A stretch of DNA of 63,455 nt, counting the filler. It is 4 parts of 4 records of this genome, joined end to end, with 100 filler letters (N's around TTAATTAATTAA, not from the genome) between each part and the next. Parts side by side here need not be neighbours in the genome. Positions count along the whole stretch, not along the records: positions 1 to 31,125 come from SRR31156797_25085; positions 31,226 to 48,780 come from SRR31156797_25116; 2 more parts are not named here. One strand, 5' to 3'. The translations under genes were made by a program, and so were the position numbers. Shown piece by piece: positions 28,498 to 37,543 of the stretch. Below the pieces are notes generated by a model. It saw only the letters and a list, made by a program, of their open reading frames with translations. It searched no databases and had not been told where the DNA came from. Within the stretch, counting starts at the first letter, position 1. Each line of letters begins with the position of its first letter.

Positions 28498-29004
28498 ATG
28501 CCCGGAAGCAAAATTGATAAGGTTGAACTGGCGGCCGTACTGGAGGATCACCGAAAGTGGCTGGAATCAGGCTCTCTTCAGGTATTTGAAAAGGTAAAGG
28601 AAGGAATCACGCCGACATCGATTATCAAGTCGGCTCATATGGCAAGGGAAGCGGGGATGAACACCACCCAGTTCATCATAATGGGGCTCGGGGGCACGGA
28701 GCTGTCAACCATACATGCAATTGAAACCGCAAAGGTTCTAAATGCCATCAACCCAAACCACATCCGGATCCTGACCATTGGCGTCAAACCCGGTTCAGGC
28801 CTTGACCTTCAAATGGCAAACAGAGAATTCATACGGCCGTCGGAAACCGGTATGATTTCGGAGCAACGGCTTCTCCTTGAACAACTTGACGGCATCAACA
28901 GCCATTATGCCAATCATCACAGCGTGGACTTGCTTCTGGAAGTCAGGGGGCAATTGCCTGATGACAAGGGCCGTCTCCAAACTATCGATACCCAAGATCC
29001 ATAA
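28498..29004 (+). pseudogene. chimeric remnant: pentapeptide-repeat-protein-like N-terminus joined to the C-terminal half of a radical SAM protein
   Basis: ELAAVLEDHRKWLES, then LESGS..V...VK.G.T, GLGG....HAIETAKVLN.INP..IR. No CxxxCxxC motif. Confidence 0.6.
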
Positions 29005-29018
29005 CTTGAGCATCAGCG

Positions 29019-29044
29019 CCGGAACCGGCGTTTTTCGGTTCCGG
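29019..29044. terminator. hairpin between convergent genes
   Basis: CCGGAACCG-GCGTTTTT-CGGTTCCGG, a perfect 9-bp stem. Confidence 0.5.
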
Positions 29045-29095
29045 GAGTAACCGACCACGTTTTTTCGTTGCGGTTGGGAATATCCTATGACTTGT

Positions 29096-29704
29096 TTAAC
29101 GGACCATAAAGCGGTTTTCCCGAACATCGCTGGCGCCGGCCGATTCCACAACCGATCTCACGATGTACTCCCCCCTAGCGGCGTCGGCGGGCAGGCGAAG
29201 GGGAACCGTTGAGGTAAACGTTCCATTTTCACGGCTGACCTGAACCTGTGGTTTTCCCACAATCTGTCCCTGATGGGTAATTTCCCGGATTTCAGTGATA
29301 CGCGTGTTGCGCTCCTGAGCTGGCGTCAAGACCGCATAGGTCATGCTGAGGAGCACTTCCCCTCCCGGCGAAATATTCCTTGGAGAGATGGAAACATTTT
29401 CGATTCGGACGACCATCCCCTGTGAATCCCTGTAATTGTAGTCCTTTGCGGTCTGTTCCCGTGTTCTTTTCTGATCATAGGCGTAATGTCCGATGGCCCC
29501 GCCGGCCAGGGCGCCCAAGAGACCTCCAACAACCACGGCCCCTGCCCCTTTTCCGATCAGCGCACCGGCAACCGCACCGGTTGCGGCCCCGGCGCCTGCA
29601 CCCACCGCAGCACCCTCATGACCCTTCATAGATGCGCAGCCGGCAGCGGAAACCGTCAGTACAATGGCCAGAAAAAAGGATAATCCTCTCATTTTCATGT
29701 TCAT
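29096..29704 (-). CDS. glycine-zipper lipoprotein
   Basis: Lipobox AAGC, GAAVGAGAGAATGAVAGALIG zipper, beta-rich C-terminal domain. GGGAGG RBS. Confidence 0.8.
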   Translation of the reverse strand: MNMKMRGLSFFLAIVLTVSAAGCASMKGHEGAAVGAGAGAATGAVAGALIGKGAGAVVVGGLLGALAGGAIGHYAYDQKRTREQTAKDYNYRDSQGMVVRIENVSISPRNISPGGEVLLSMTYAVLTPAQERNTRITEIREITHQGQIVGKPQVQVSRENGTFTSTVPLRLPADAARGEYIVRSVVESAGASDVRENRFMVR

Positions 29705-29761
29705 GGCAACCTCCCTGTTTAAAATTTAAATACTGTGAGCCTCTTTATTGCGGATCAAACG

Positions 29762-29854
29762 CCCCGACCTCTCTCAAATTTATCACTTCGCCATGAAAGA
29801 TTTGTCTTCATCATCAAATTCCACCTTTGCAAAATAGCCTTTATATTCCATCAT
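29762..29854 (-). pseudogene. hicB: HicB antitoxin, frameshifted 5' fragment
   Basis: Not in the ORF track. Reads MMEYKGYFAKVEFDDEDK, then FHGEVINLREV after a frameshift, then similarity is lost. Start overlaps the hicA stop (ATGA). Confidence 0.75.
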
Positions 29855-30104
29855 GATCTAACCCCCGATTCCTTCAGAAATCTTCGCACGGACTTTACAG
29901 ACCCTTTGTTTGTCACTCGCTTTGGATGGAGCCGGTGAAAAACGGCACGAACGCCATTAAGCGCCATCCTTACGCGTGACCCTCGGCCTTCGGTAACTTC
30001 TGCACCGAGAGCTATAAATAACACATCAATATCAAATCATGGAATATCCGCTCGCTCCGGTTTTTCAAATAATTTTTGTAAGGTCTGGCGTTGCTTATAA
30101 TCAT
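29851..30104 (-). pseudogene. hicA: HicA toxin pseudogene
   Basis: Not in the ORF track. Reads KQRQTLQKLFEKPERADIP*FDIDVLFIALGAEVTEGRGSRVRMALNGVRAVFHRLHPKRVTNKGSVKSVRRFLKESGV. There is a frameshift right after the ATG and a TGA at 30037-30039 where Trp is usual. Confidence 0.8.
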
Positions 30105-30173
30105 GAAGGTATAGTGTCATGTGTTAGTTTCACGTCAACAGAAAAGAAAAAATATCACATAATTTGGTTCCCC

Positions 30174-30277
30174 GACCAACGTGGAAGTGAGCAGCGGCCC
30201 TAATGAGTAACGAGCCTGCACGGGCCTTTACGTAAAACCGCTGCCTTCACGCCGTCTGCTCAACTGATTTGTTCGCT
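30174..30277 (+). mobile_element. integron attC-like recombination site
   Basis: GACCAAC (R'') ... TGAGCAGCGGC / GCCGTCTGCTCA (L boxes pairing with one extra base) ... GTTCGCT (R'); 104 bp; lies between two TA modules. Confidence 0.7.
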
Positions 30278-30601
30278 GTTTAGCGGTGAATTATGATGAT
30301 GCAGCATATCCGGTGGGAATGGCTTTACTTTTTTCCATCCTTTTGATTCTTTTTCGGCCTGCCATAAATCAAAATTTTTCTGCAAATTGAGCCAAAAATC
30401 TGGAGTGGTATCGAAGGCACGGGATAAGCGTAGAGCCATATCGGGTGTGATAGCCCCTCTCTCATTTATGATCTTAGATAAAGTTTTCCTTGAAATACCA
30501 AGATTTGCAGCCATATCCTTAATGGTAATGGATAGGGGCAAAAGATAGTCTTCTTTAATTATACTGCCCGGATGTGTTGGGCGTCTTATGATTCTTCGCA
30601 T
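30260..30601 (-). CDS. higA: HigA-family antitoxin (HTH)
   Basis: PTHPG.II...YL, ITPDMALRLS, FWLNLQ..FDLW. Confidence 0.93.
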   Translation of the reverse strand: MRRIIRRPTHPGSIIKEDYLLPLSITIKDMAANLGISRKTLSKIINERGAITPDMALRLSRAFDTTPDFWLNLQKNFDLWQAEKESKGWKKVKPFPPDMLHHHNSPLNSEQIS

Positions 30602-30614
30602 TGTTATAACCCTT

Positions 30615-30893
30615 CTAATGGTAATCAACGTAATCGACAGTATGTGCGCCGCCGTCAATAAACTTAAAAAATATACGCCAATTGCCGGATACTCCCACGG
30701 CATGAATGCCTTTTTTGTCGCCGCTCAACTGGTGGAGAAAAGAACCAGGGTAATTCATATCCTTTATTTCACTTGCGGCATTTAATCGGTCAAGAATTCG
30801 TTCAAGCCTATTGGCATGTTCAGGCTTTATTCCTTTCTTGCTTCCTGTGTAAAAGAAATTTTCCAAGCCCTTATGTTTAAAGGATTTTATCAT
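30615..30893 (-). CDS. higB: HigB-family (RelE-like) toxin
   Basis: MIKSFKHKGL, LH.L.GD, VSGNWRI.F.F, DY.DYH. Confidence 0.93.
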   Translation of the reverse strand: MIKSFKHKGLENFFYTGSKKGIKPEHANRLERILDRLNAASEIKDMNYPGSFLHQLSGDKKGIHAVGVSGNWRIFFKFIDGGAHTVDYVDYH

Positions 30894-30902
30894 AGCTTCC
30901 AC

Positions 30903-30931
30903 AACGTAACCCGATCGGTTACATTTGTCAA
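30903..30931 (-). promoter_or_regulatory. higBA sigma-70 promoter with overlapping palindromic operator
   Basis: TTGACA-17 bp-TACGTT. Operator GTAACC-CGATC-GGTTAC at 30906-30922. Confidence 0.7.
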
Positions 30932-30950
30932 TCTTAAATTATCAGCGAAT

Positions 30951-31125
30951 TTATGGGGTGCAAGTCCCCTGTGTGTGAATCCGGTCAATATGTTTAAATC
31001 ATTAGCCCAAATCTTAGCCGAAGGCAAGGGTGGAACCGCGAGGGACCGTCTGGAGGAAGCCCGAGTGCAAAGCTATGAGCCGACGAACAGAAATAGCATA
31101 CAAGGCCCAGTCTCCGGGTAAGTCA
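30951..31125 (+). mobile_element. group II intron (class C-like) domain I fragment running into the contig end
   Basis: Ordered blocks GGGGTGCAAGTCCCC, GCAAGGG, CTGGAGGAAGC, GCAAA, GACGAAC...CATACAAGGC resemble IIC intron 5' regions. The GTGYG start is absent. Confidence 0.65.
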
Positions 31126-31225
31126 NNNNNNNNNNNNNNNNNNNNNNNNNNNNNNNNNNNNNNNNNNNNTTAATTAATTAANNNNNNNNNNNNNNNNNNN
31201 NNNNNNNNNNNNNNNNNNNNNNNNN
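31126..31225. other. artificial contig junction
   Basis: N runs flanking TTAATTAATTAA. Confidence 0.98.
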
Positions 31226-31226
31226 C

Positions 31227-31916
31227 ATGATCTTTCAGGACCCCATGATGACCCTGAACCCGGTACTGACTATCGGTACTCAGATGATTGAGACCGTGCT
31301 GGCCCACATGAACGTCACCCGCAAGGAAGCTGAAGAAATTGCGCTGGAAAAACTGCGCAAGGTCTACATTCCTTCCCCGCGCAAACGTCTGGCTCAATAT
31401 CCGCACGAATTCTCCGGCGGCATGCGCCAACGTATCGTCATTGCCATTTCGCTTTTGACTGATCCGGCGCTGATTATTGCCGATGAACCGACCACTGCGC
31501 TGGACGTGACCATTCAGGCCGAGATCATGGACCTGCTGCTGGAGCTATGTGAAACCGACAACATGGGTCTGATCCTGATCACCCATGACTTGGCGGTAGT
31601 TTCGGAAGTAACTCAGCGCATCGCGGTCATGTATGCAGGTGGAATTGTGGAAACAGGTTCCACCCGTCAGGTTACCGAAACCCCGGGACATCCCTATACT
31701 CAGGGACTGATCGCTGCCCTGCCCCAGTCCGGTGCCGCTGGCGACCGTTTAACCCAGATTCCCGGTGCCATGCCTTCACTTATGAATATGCCCGCAGGCT
31801 GTCCCTTCAACCCCAGATGCCAGCACTGTACCGATATCTGTAAGCAGGAACTGCCCACACTAAAAGAAAACAAATCCGGCATTCTGGTGGCCTGCCACCA
31901 TGCCGACAAAGTATAG
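31227..31916 (+). CDS. oligopeptide/dipeptide ABC ATP-binding protein (OppD/DppD-like), 5'-truncated
   Basis: [30 protein letters not shown]-terminal GCPFNPRC. Confidence 0.92.
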   Translation: MIFQDPMMTLNPVLTIGTQMIETVLAHMNVTRKEAEEIALEKLRKVYIPSPRKRLAQYPHEFSGGMRQRIVIAISLLTDPALIIADEPTTALDVTIQAEIMDLLLELCETDNMGLILITHDLAVVSEVTQRIAVMYAGGIVETGSTRQVTETPGHPYTQGLIAALPQSGAAGDRLTQIPGAMPSLMNMPAGCPFNPRCQHCTDICKQELPTLKENKSGILVACHHADKV

Positions 31917-31925
31917 AGATTCGTC

Positions 31926-32939
31926 ATGCCAACCGATTCCCTCGTAAAAATCAAAAATCTGGTCAAGCACTTCGACATTTCCGGCGGGCTGCTCGACCAG
32001 CTGCAAATGGAAAACGGACGCATCACACGCAAGCAAACCATCGTCAAAGCGGTCAACAATGTCAGCTTTGAGATCCAAAAAGGTGAAACATTAAGCGTGG
32101 TCGGCGAATCCGGATGTGGTAAATCAACCCTAGCAAGAACCGTAATGGGGCTTTATCCGCCCAACTCCGGTGAAGTATATTATGGTGGAGAACGCATTGA
32201 CAACCTGCCCCACGGGCAAATGCTTCCTTACCGTACGAAAATGCAAATGGTCTTTCAGGACCCCTACGCTTCTCTGAATCCGCGCATGACCGTGCGCCAG
32301 ATCATTGAAGAGCCTATCTATTTTCACAACAAGGGCATCTCAAGGGGAGAAGCCAAAGACAAACTGCATAAGGTCATGTGCAGTGTAGGTATGGACCCTG
32401 AATGGGCCGGAAACTACCCCCATGAATTCTCCGGCGGACAGCGCCAGCGCATCAGCATTGCCCGCGCTTTGGCTGTTGAACCGGAATTCATCGTGGCCGA
32501 TGAACCCATCGCCGCACTGGACGTTTCCATTCAGGCCCAGATCCTGAACCTGCTCATGGATGCGCAGGAAGAACGCAACCTGACCTATCTGTTCATCAGC
32601 CACGATCTTTCCGTTGTTGAACATATTTCCACCCGCGTGGCGGTTATGTATCTGGGCAGTCTTTGCGAACTGGGTACTGCCAAGGAAATCTTTGCCCGTC
32701 CGCAGCATCCGTATACAAGGGCACTGCTTTCAGCGATTCCGACCCTTGGCGGGGAAAAGAAAAAGCATGTCCACCTTTCCGGTGACGTGCCCACCCCTAT
32801 CAACCTGCCCACAGGCTGTGTCTTCCATGGTCGCTGCACTTTTGCAAACGATCGCTGCCGGGAAGAAGTTCCTCGCGCACGCAATCTGGAAAACGGAACC
32901 CTCTGCGCCTGCCATGCAGTGGAAGAAGGAAGACTGTAG
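31926..32939 (+). CDS. oligopeptide/dipeptide ABC ATP-binding protein (OppF/DppF-like)
   Basis: GESGCGKST, FSGGQRQR, VADEP, HPYT, GCVFHGRC. Confidence 0.93.
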   Translation: MPTDSLVKIKNLVKHFDISGGLLDQLQMENGRITRKQTIVKAVNNVSFEIQKGETLSVVGESGCGKSTLARTVMGLYPPNSGEVYYGGERIDNLPHGQMLPYRTKMQMVFQDPYASLNPRMTVRQIIEEPIYFHNKGISRGEAKDKLHKVMCSVGMDPEWAGNYPHEFSGGQRQRISIARALAVEPEFIVADEPIAALDVSIQAQILNLLMDAQEERNLTYLFISHDLSVVEHISTRVAVMYLGSLCELGTAKEIFARPQHPYTRALLSAIPTLGGEKKKHVHLSGDVPTPINLPTGCVFHGRCTFANDRCREEVPRARNLENGTLCACHAVEEGRL

Positions 32940-32968
32940 ACCATAACAGTCTAAATCAACTTACAAAA

Positions 32969-33000
32969 GAAAAGCCCGTTAATAAAAGACGGGCTTTTTC
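32969..33000 (+). terminator. intrinsic terminator
   Basis: AAAGCCCGT-loop-ACGGGCTTTTT. Confidence 0.8.
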
Positions 33001-33055
33001 ATTTTGTGCTATACTGCCGTAAAAACAGTGATTCAAATTCCTGCAGGACAACAGT

Positions 33056-33835
33056 ATGAGCCAAGAAATGAAAGTACTGGGGGTCTACTCCCAAAACATA
33101 AAAACCAAGATCGGGGCAGGCACTACCTCACAAAGATCCGAGCATAAAACTTACCATTATGTCATCCGCGTAGGCTACAGTAAGTACCATGTGCAACCTT
33201 TGAATGAACAGGATATTCCTTCCGGGATGGTTACCGTTATCTCGGAAAAAGATTTCATCGCTCAGTTCAGCCCTGAATTATACTACTATCAGCGTAAAAC
33301 CCTGCCAGCCCTGAAGACACTGCAGGCTAAAATAGACAAAGGGGAGGATGCTTTTGAAAAGGGAAACCTTGATGAAGCTGAGCATGCTTTTGCCGGGGCC
33401 CTGCTTCTGGACCCTGATAACCCTAAAGCTAATCTGGGAATGGGCACTGTCCAGTGTACAAAAGAAAACTTCAAAAAACTAACTGAAATAATACAAGTTC
33501 TACTTAATCTTGACGCTGTTTTTCTTGAAGAACAACGGCAGGAATTTAATATCTTCGCCATAGTACTGCGTAAAAGCAAGCGTTACAATGAAGCCCTGAC
33601 TTTCTATAAGAGAGCGCTTGAAATTTACCCCAATGATGAGAACCTGTATTTCAATATTGCCCGTGCATATTTTGACACCGAAAACAATGACGAAGCTCTT
33701 TCCCATATAGAAAAGGCACTTGAAATCAATCCAGACCTGGAATCAGCAATGCTTTTCAAAAACTATCTACTCAAAAAAAAGCCACCCACTACCACTTCAA
33801 AGCAGAACTCCAAACAGCCTGACTCCGCAGAGTAA
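33056..33835 (+). CDS. TPR protein
   Basis: TPR motifs (A...Y.RAL...P.DENL.FN.ARAY). Confidence 0.85.
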   Translation: MSQEMKVLGVYSQNIKTKIGAGTTSQRSEHKTYHYVIRVGYSKYHVQPLNEQDIPSGMVTVISEKDFIAQFSPELYYYQRKTLPALKTLQAKIDKGEDAFEKGNLDEAEHAFAGALLLDPDNPKANLGMGTVQCTKENFKKLTEIIQVLLNLDAVFLEEQRQEFNIFAIVLRKSKRYNEALTFYKRALEIYPNDENLYFNIARAYFDTENNDEALSHIEKALEINPDLESAMLFKNYLLKKKPPTTTSKQNSKQPDSAE

Positions 33836-34000
33836 TACAAAACGGGCATTCCAAAGCTGAATCCATTTATTGGAACAAGTTCTAATCGACATTTTTTAAA
33901 AGCCTGCTTATAACCAGCGGACTTTTAATTTCAGAAAAGAAGAATATATTTTAAAAAGCACTTAGCTTACTTGATATGCGTCTATTTGGAGAGAGAGTTG

Positions 34001-34735
34001 ATGGGAGATATTTTTCAAGTACTTGGTGTTTATTCCAAAAACACCAAAGACTACACCGGGGCCGGCACAACTATGCAGCGGGCCGAAAGTAAGACATATT
34101 ATTATGTTACACGGTCCGGTGTGGATAAATTTCAGGTCCAACCCCTCAATGACCAGAACATTCCATCAGGCGTGGTGGTTACATTAAATAAAAAAGAATT
34201 CATCACCCAGTACGCACCTGAGATAAAATACTACGAAAAAAAGACCCTTCCGGCTCTGAAATCCCTTAAAGCCAAAATCGAAAGAGGGGAAAAAAATTTC
34301 CTGGACGGAAATCTTGATGAAGCTGAACAGTCCTTTGCCAAAGCCCTTTTTCTGGACCCGGAGCACCCCAAAGCAAATCTGGGAATGGGCTCTGTGCAAT
34401 GTACCAAAAAAAATTTCAAAAAACTTGCCGGGATCATAGATAGGCTTTTAAATAAAGACGAAATTTTCATGGAGAGCCAGAGGCAGGAATTCAACCTTTT
34501 TGCCATCAGTCTGCGCAAACAATCTCTATTTGATGAAGCCATTACATTTTATGACAGGGCCATCCAGATCAATCCTAATGACGAAAATTTGCATTTCAAC
34601 ACAGCTAGAGCTTATTTCGACGCCGGCGACAACGATATGGCGTTAAATCATCTGGATAAAGCACTTGAAATTGCACCTACACTTGAAGTAGCCTCCATGT
34701 TCAAGAAATACATCGTCAAACGGAAAAAGAAATGA
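34001..34735 (+). CDS. TPR protein, tandem paralog of the upstream gene
   Basis: Shares LGVYS, GAGTT, VQPLN.Q.IPSG, KTLPALK and PKANLGMG.VQCTK.NFKKL with the upstream ORF. Confidence 0.85.
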   Translation: MGDIFQVLGVYSKNTKDYTGAGTTMQRAESKTYYYVTRSGVDKFQVQPLNDQNIPSGVVVTLNKKEFITQYAPEIKYYEKKTLPALKSLKAKIERGEKNFLDGNLDEAEQSFAKALFLDPEHPKANLGMGSVQCTKKNFKKLAGIIDRLLNKDEIFMESQRQEFNLFAISLRKQSLFDEAITFYDRAIQINPNDENLHFNTARAYFDAGDNDMALNHLDKALEIAPTLEVASMFKKYIVKRKKK

Positions 34736-35385
34736 TCTCGCAAAAGGAAAAACTTAAAGCTGCCTGCACTCCTGGACTCAAAATAACCATCGAGTTAGGA
34801 GGGTTAAGTGACAAAGCCCCGACAATAGTAGTCGGAGGGGACTTCATAAAATCTCTTATTGTTAAAGAGCCGATGGTCCATCATGCGGACAAAGCTCTTT
34901 GGGCAGAATATATGTACCCCGGCAACGAAGCCACTATCCGCTATATTCATGAGGGCATCGCCTCCGGATACAAAACCGAAGTGATCAGAATGATCAGCTC
35001 CCCGGACAGACTTCTTTTCCTAAAATACCCAAAGCGAATCGAATCTTACAACCTCAGGAGGCACAAAAGGGTTTCCTGCTTCATGGAAGCGCAGATTGAA
35101 CTTGGAGAGAAAAAGAATGTGGCCGTTCTGGAAGATTTGAGCACCAGTGGCTGCTGCATCAGCTTCATAACAGACAAGAATTACCCAGACCCTGAAATCG
35201 GGGATGAAATGAAAATATTCTGCCCCTACTTTACAGAAAATGGAGCCACCTTCATTCCCTGTAAAGTACAACGTTGCACCAAAGATTCACGCAAAACAAT
35301 TCTGGGCATGACCTTTGAAAAACCATCCCCGGAAATACTCATCAAAATACAAGATTACGTAGCCACCATACTCTACCACTCATAA
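34732..35385 (+). CDS. PilZ-domain c-di-GMP-binding protein (YcgR/flagellar brake-like)
   Basis: RRHKR and DLSTSG motifs. ATGA overlap with the TPR gene. Confidence 0.85.
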   Translation: MISQKEKLKAACTPGLKITIELGGLSDKAPTIVVGGDFIKSLIVKEPMVHHADKALWAEYMYPGNEATIRYIHEGIASGYKTEVIRMISSPDRLLFLKYPKRIESYNLRRHKRVSCFMEAQIELGEKKNVAVLEDLSTSGCCISFITDKNYPDPEIGDEMKIFCPYFTENGATFIPCKVQRCTKDSRKTILGMTFEKPSPEILIKIQDYVATILYHS

Positions 35386-35610
35386 AAATTTCAAAAAAAG
35401 GTCTCCGACAGACGCATGAGTCATACTGGCCCGAAGACTGGGATGATTCCATCAGTCCGGGCAGGCATATCACGCAACGTAACCCAATATATTTCCTACC
35501 TTACCAAACCACGTCCTCTTGATTTTATTGACATAATTCATTTGATTATACGACAAATTACTATATAGTTAAAAGTACGTTCAAATAATCAAGCGTATCA
35601 TGGAGATATC

Positions 35611-36501
35611 ATGTCCAACAAAATCCTCCTCGTAGACGATGAAATAAATATACTGGACTCCTTACGCCTGACGCTTAGGAAATTCACCGTGATAACCGAG
35701 TCAGACTCCATCAAAGCATTGGCACGGGTGAAAGATGAAGAATTCGCTGTAGTTATTTCAGACATGCGGATGCCAAAAATGGATGGAATAGAACTGCTAC
35801 GAGCAATCTCATATGAATCTCCAAACACAGTTCGCATAATGCTGACCGGTCATGGAGATATGGAAGTGGCTATGTCGGCTATCAATACCAGCGGGGTATT
35901 TAAGTTCATGACCAAACCGGTCGAAGCAAGCCAAATGCGCAAAACAGTGAATCTGGCCCTGGCTGAACATGAAAAGCTGCTGGCCGCAGCGTCCTTAAAA
36001 AAAGCCGCCCTGCACGACGAGCTCACAAACCTACCCAACCGAACCCTGTTCATGGATCGCTGCAAGATCGCAATAGCAAACGCCAAACGCGACAAGACCA
36101 GTCTTGCACTTTTTTTTATCGACCTTGACGGCTTCAAATACATCAATGACACTTTCGGCCACGATGCAGGCGATCAGACACTAAAAACCACAAGCCAGCG
36201 TTTCGTTAATCGCCTCAGAAAAAATGATACTGCGGCGCGCTATGGGGGAGATGAATTTATAATTCTGCTCTCAGGTGTAACATCCCGGAAATCGACCCGA
36301 ACACTTGCAGAGACGTTGGTCAACCTCATTGCAGCCCCCATTATCTGGCAAGACAAAAAACTTAAAGTAGGCGCGAGCTTGGGGATAGGGTTCTTTCCTG
36401 AACACGGCGACACAATAGAAAGAGTTATGACCGCAGCCGATTCCGCAATGTACAAAGCAAAAAAGCAAGGTGGAGGCTGTGTGATGATCGCTGACACTTA
36501 G
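35611..36501 (+). CDS. response-regulator diguanylate cyclase (REC-GGDEF)
   Basis: LLVDDE, SDMRMP, TKP; GGDEF with RKND I-site. Confidence 0.93.
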   Translation: MSNKILLVDDEINILDSLRLTLRKFTVITESDSIKALARVKDEEFAVVISDMRMPKMDGIELLRAISYESPNTVRIMLTGHGDMEVAMSAINTSGVFKFMTKPVEASQMRKTVNLALAEHEKLLAAASLKKAALHDELTNLPNRTLFMDRCKIAIANAKRDKTSLALFFIDLDGFKYINDTFGHDAGDQTLKTTSQRFVNRLRKNDTAARYGGDEFIILLSGVTSRKSTRTLAETLVNLIAAPIIWQDKKLKVGASLGIGFFPEHGDTIERVMTAADSAMYKAKKQGGGCVMIADT

Positions 36502-36555
36502 AGAGTATTAACTACCCAGCCTGCGACCTTTTTATTGGCTCACATTAACAATCGG

Positions 36556-37539
36556 CTACTTCTTACTTCGGACAGTCAATCCCAAATCCTCAAGCATGGT
36601 CAGGTCATGCTCAATACCCTGTCCGGATACGGTCAGGAAATCACCGACCATCAAGCCGTTACATCCGGCGTGGAAAATAAAGGATTGCAGGGAACGCAGA
36701 GCAGCCCTGCCCGCAGCCATACGTACTTCTGCATGAGGGTTGACCAAGCGGAACATTGCGATAGTCAGTAGAATATCAAGAGGCTGCAGGGGCTCAACAT
36801 CTTCCAGTGGAGTACCCGGAATGGGGATTAAAAAATTAAGAGGGATGGAATCAACTTCCAATTCCGCAAGGGCAAGAGCCAGCTCCACCCGCTGCTGATG
36901 GCTTTCACCAAGTCCCAGCAGCCCGCCACAACAGACTTCAAGTCCGGCCTTTTTGGCATCACGGACAGTACGCACCCTCTCCTCATAACTATGTGTAGTG
37001 CAGACGTTGGGGAAATAGCTTTCTGAAGCCTCAAGGTTATGATGATATCGAACTACGCCGGATTCGTGCAGCTTCTTTAAAGACTCAAAATCAAGGCAGC
37101 CCAACGAAGCGCAATGGTTGAAGCTTCTCCCGCGCATACCATCTACAGCCTCGCAGACATACTCAAGGGATTTACCCTTAAGTGCTCTGCCGCTGGTCAC
37201 ATAACTGAAAAATTCAAGAGGCGACTGCCCCGCCTTTTCGGCACAGTCCCGGATTTCCTCCACTGACATAAGTGGATAGGCAGGAGCCGGGGTGCCCTTG
37301 AAATGGCTGGACTGGGCACAGAAAGTACAGTCTTCGGAACAATTACCGCTACGCACATTGGCGATGGAACAAAGACTGACCTCACGACCGAAACGGCGCA
37401 TAGTCATTGTGTGTGCGGCATGCAGAACTTCCGCCAGTTCACCGTGGGAGGCACCGAGCACCGACACCGCAGTATGTTCATCAATGGCCCCGCCGCCGTG
37501 AACGGCATCCCACAAAGCCTGTTTCTCATTTCTATCCAA
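36556..37539 (-). CDS. bioB: biotin synthase
   Basis: CSEDCTFCAQS, YHHNLE, CCGGLLGLGE, SIPLNFL.PIPGTP. Confidence 0.96.
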   Translation of the reverse strand: MDRNEKQALWDAVHGGGAIDEHTAVSVLGASHGELAEVLHAAHTMTMRRFGREVSLCSIANVRSGNCSEDCTFCAQSSHFKGTPAPAYPLMSVEEIRDCAEKAGQSPLEFFSYVTSGRALKGKSLEYVCEAVDGMRGRSFNHCASLGCLDFESLKKLHESGVVRYHHNLEASESYFPNVCTTHSYEERVRTVRDAKKAGLEVCCGGLLGLGESHQQRVELALALAELEVDSIPLNFLIPIPGTPLEDVEPLQPLDILLTIAMFRLVNPHAEVRMAAGRAALRSLQSFIFHAGCNGLMVGDFLTVSGQGIEHDLTMLEDLGLTVRSKK

Positions 37540-37543
37540 AATA

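Noticed and set aside
30037..30039. In-frame TGA in hicA as possible selenocysteine or recoding
   Set aside because: It aligns to a Trp position rather than Cys, the gene has a second lesion, and TGA is used as a normal stop throughout the contig.
31170..31181. TTAATTAATTAA palindrome repeated three times in the window
   Set aside because: It is an artificial all-frame-stop linker inside N runs.
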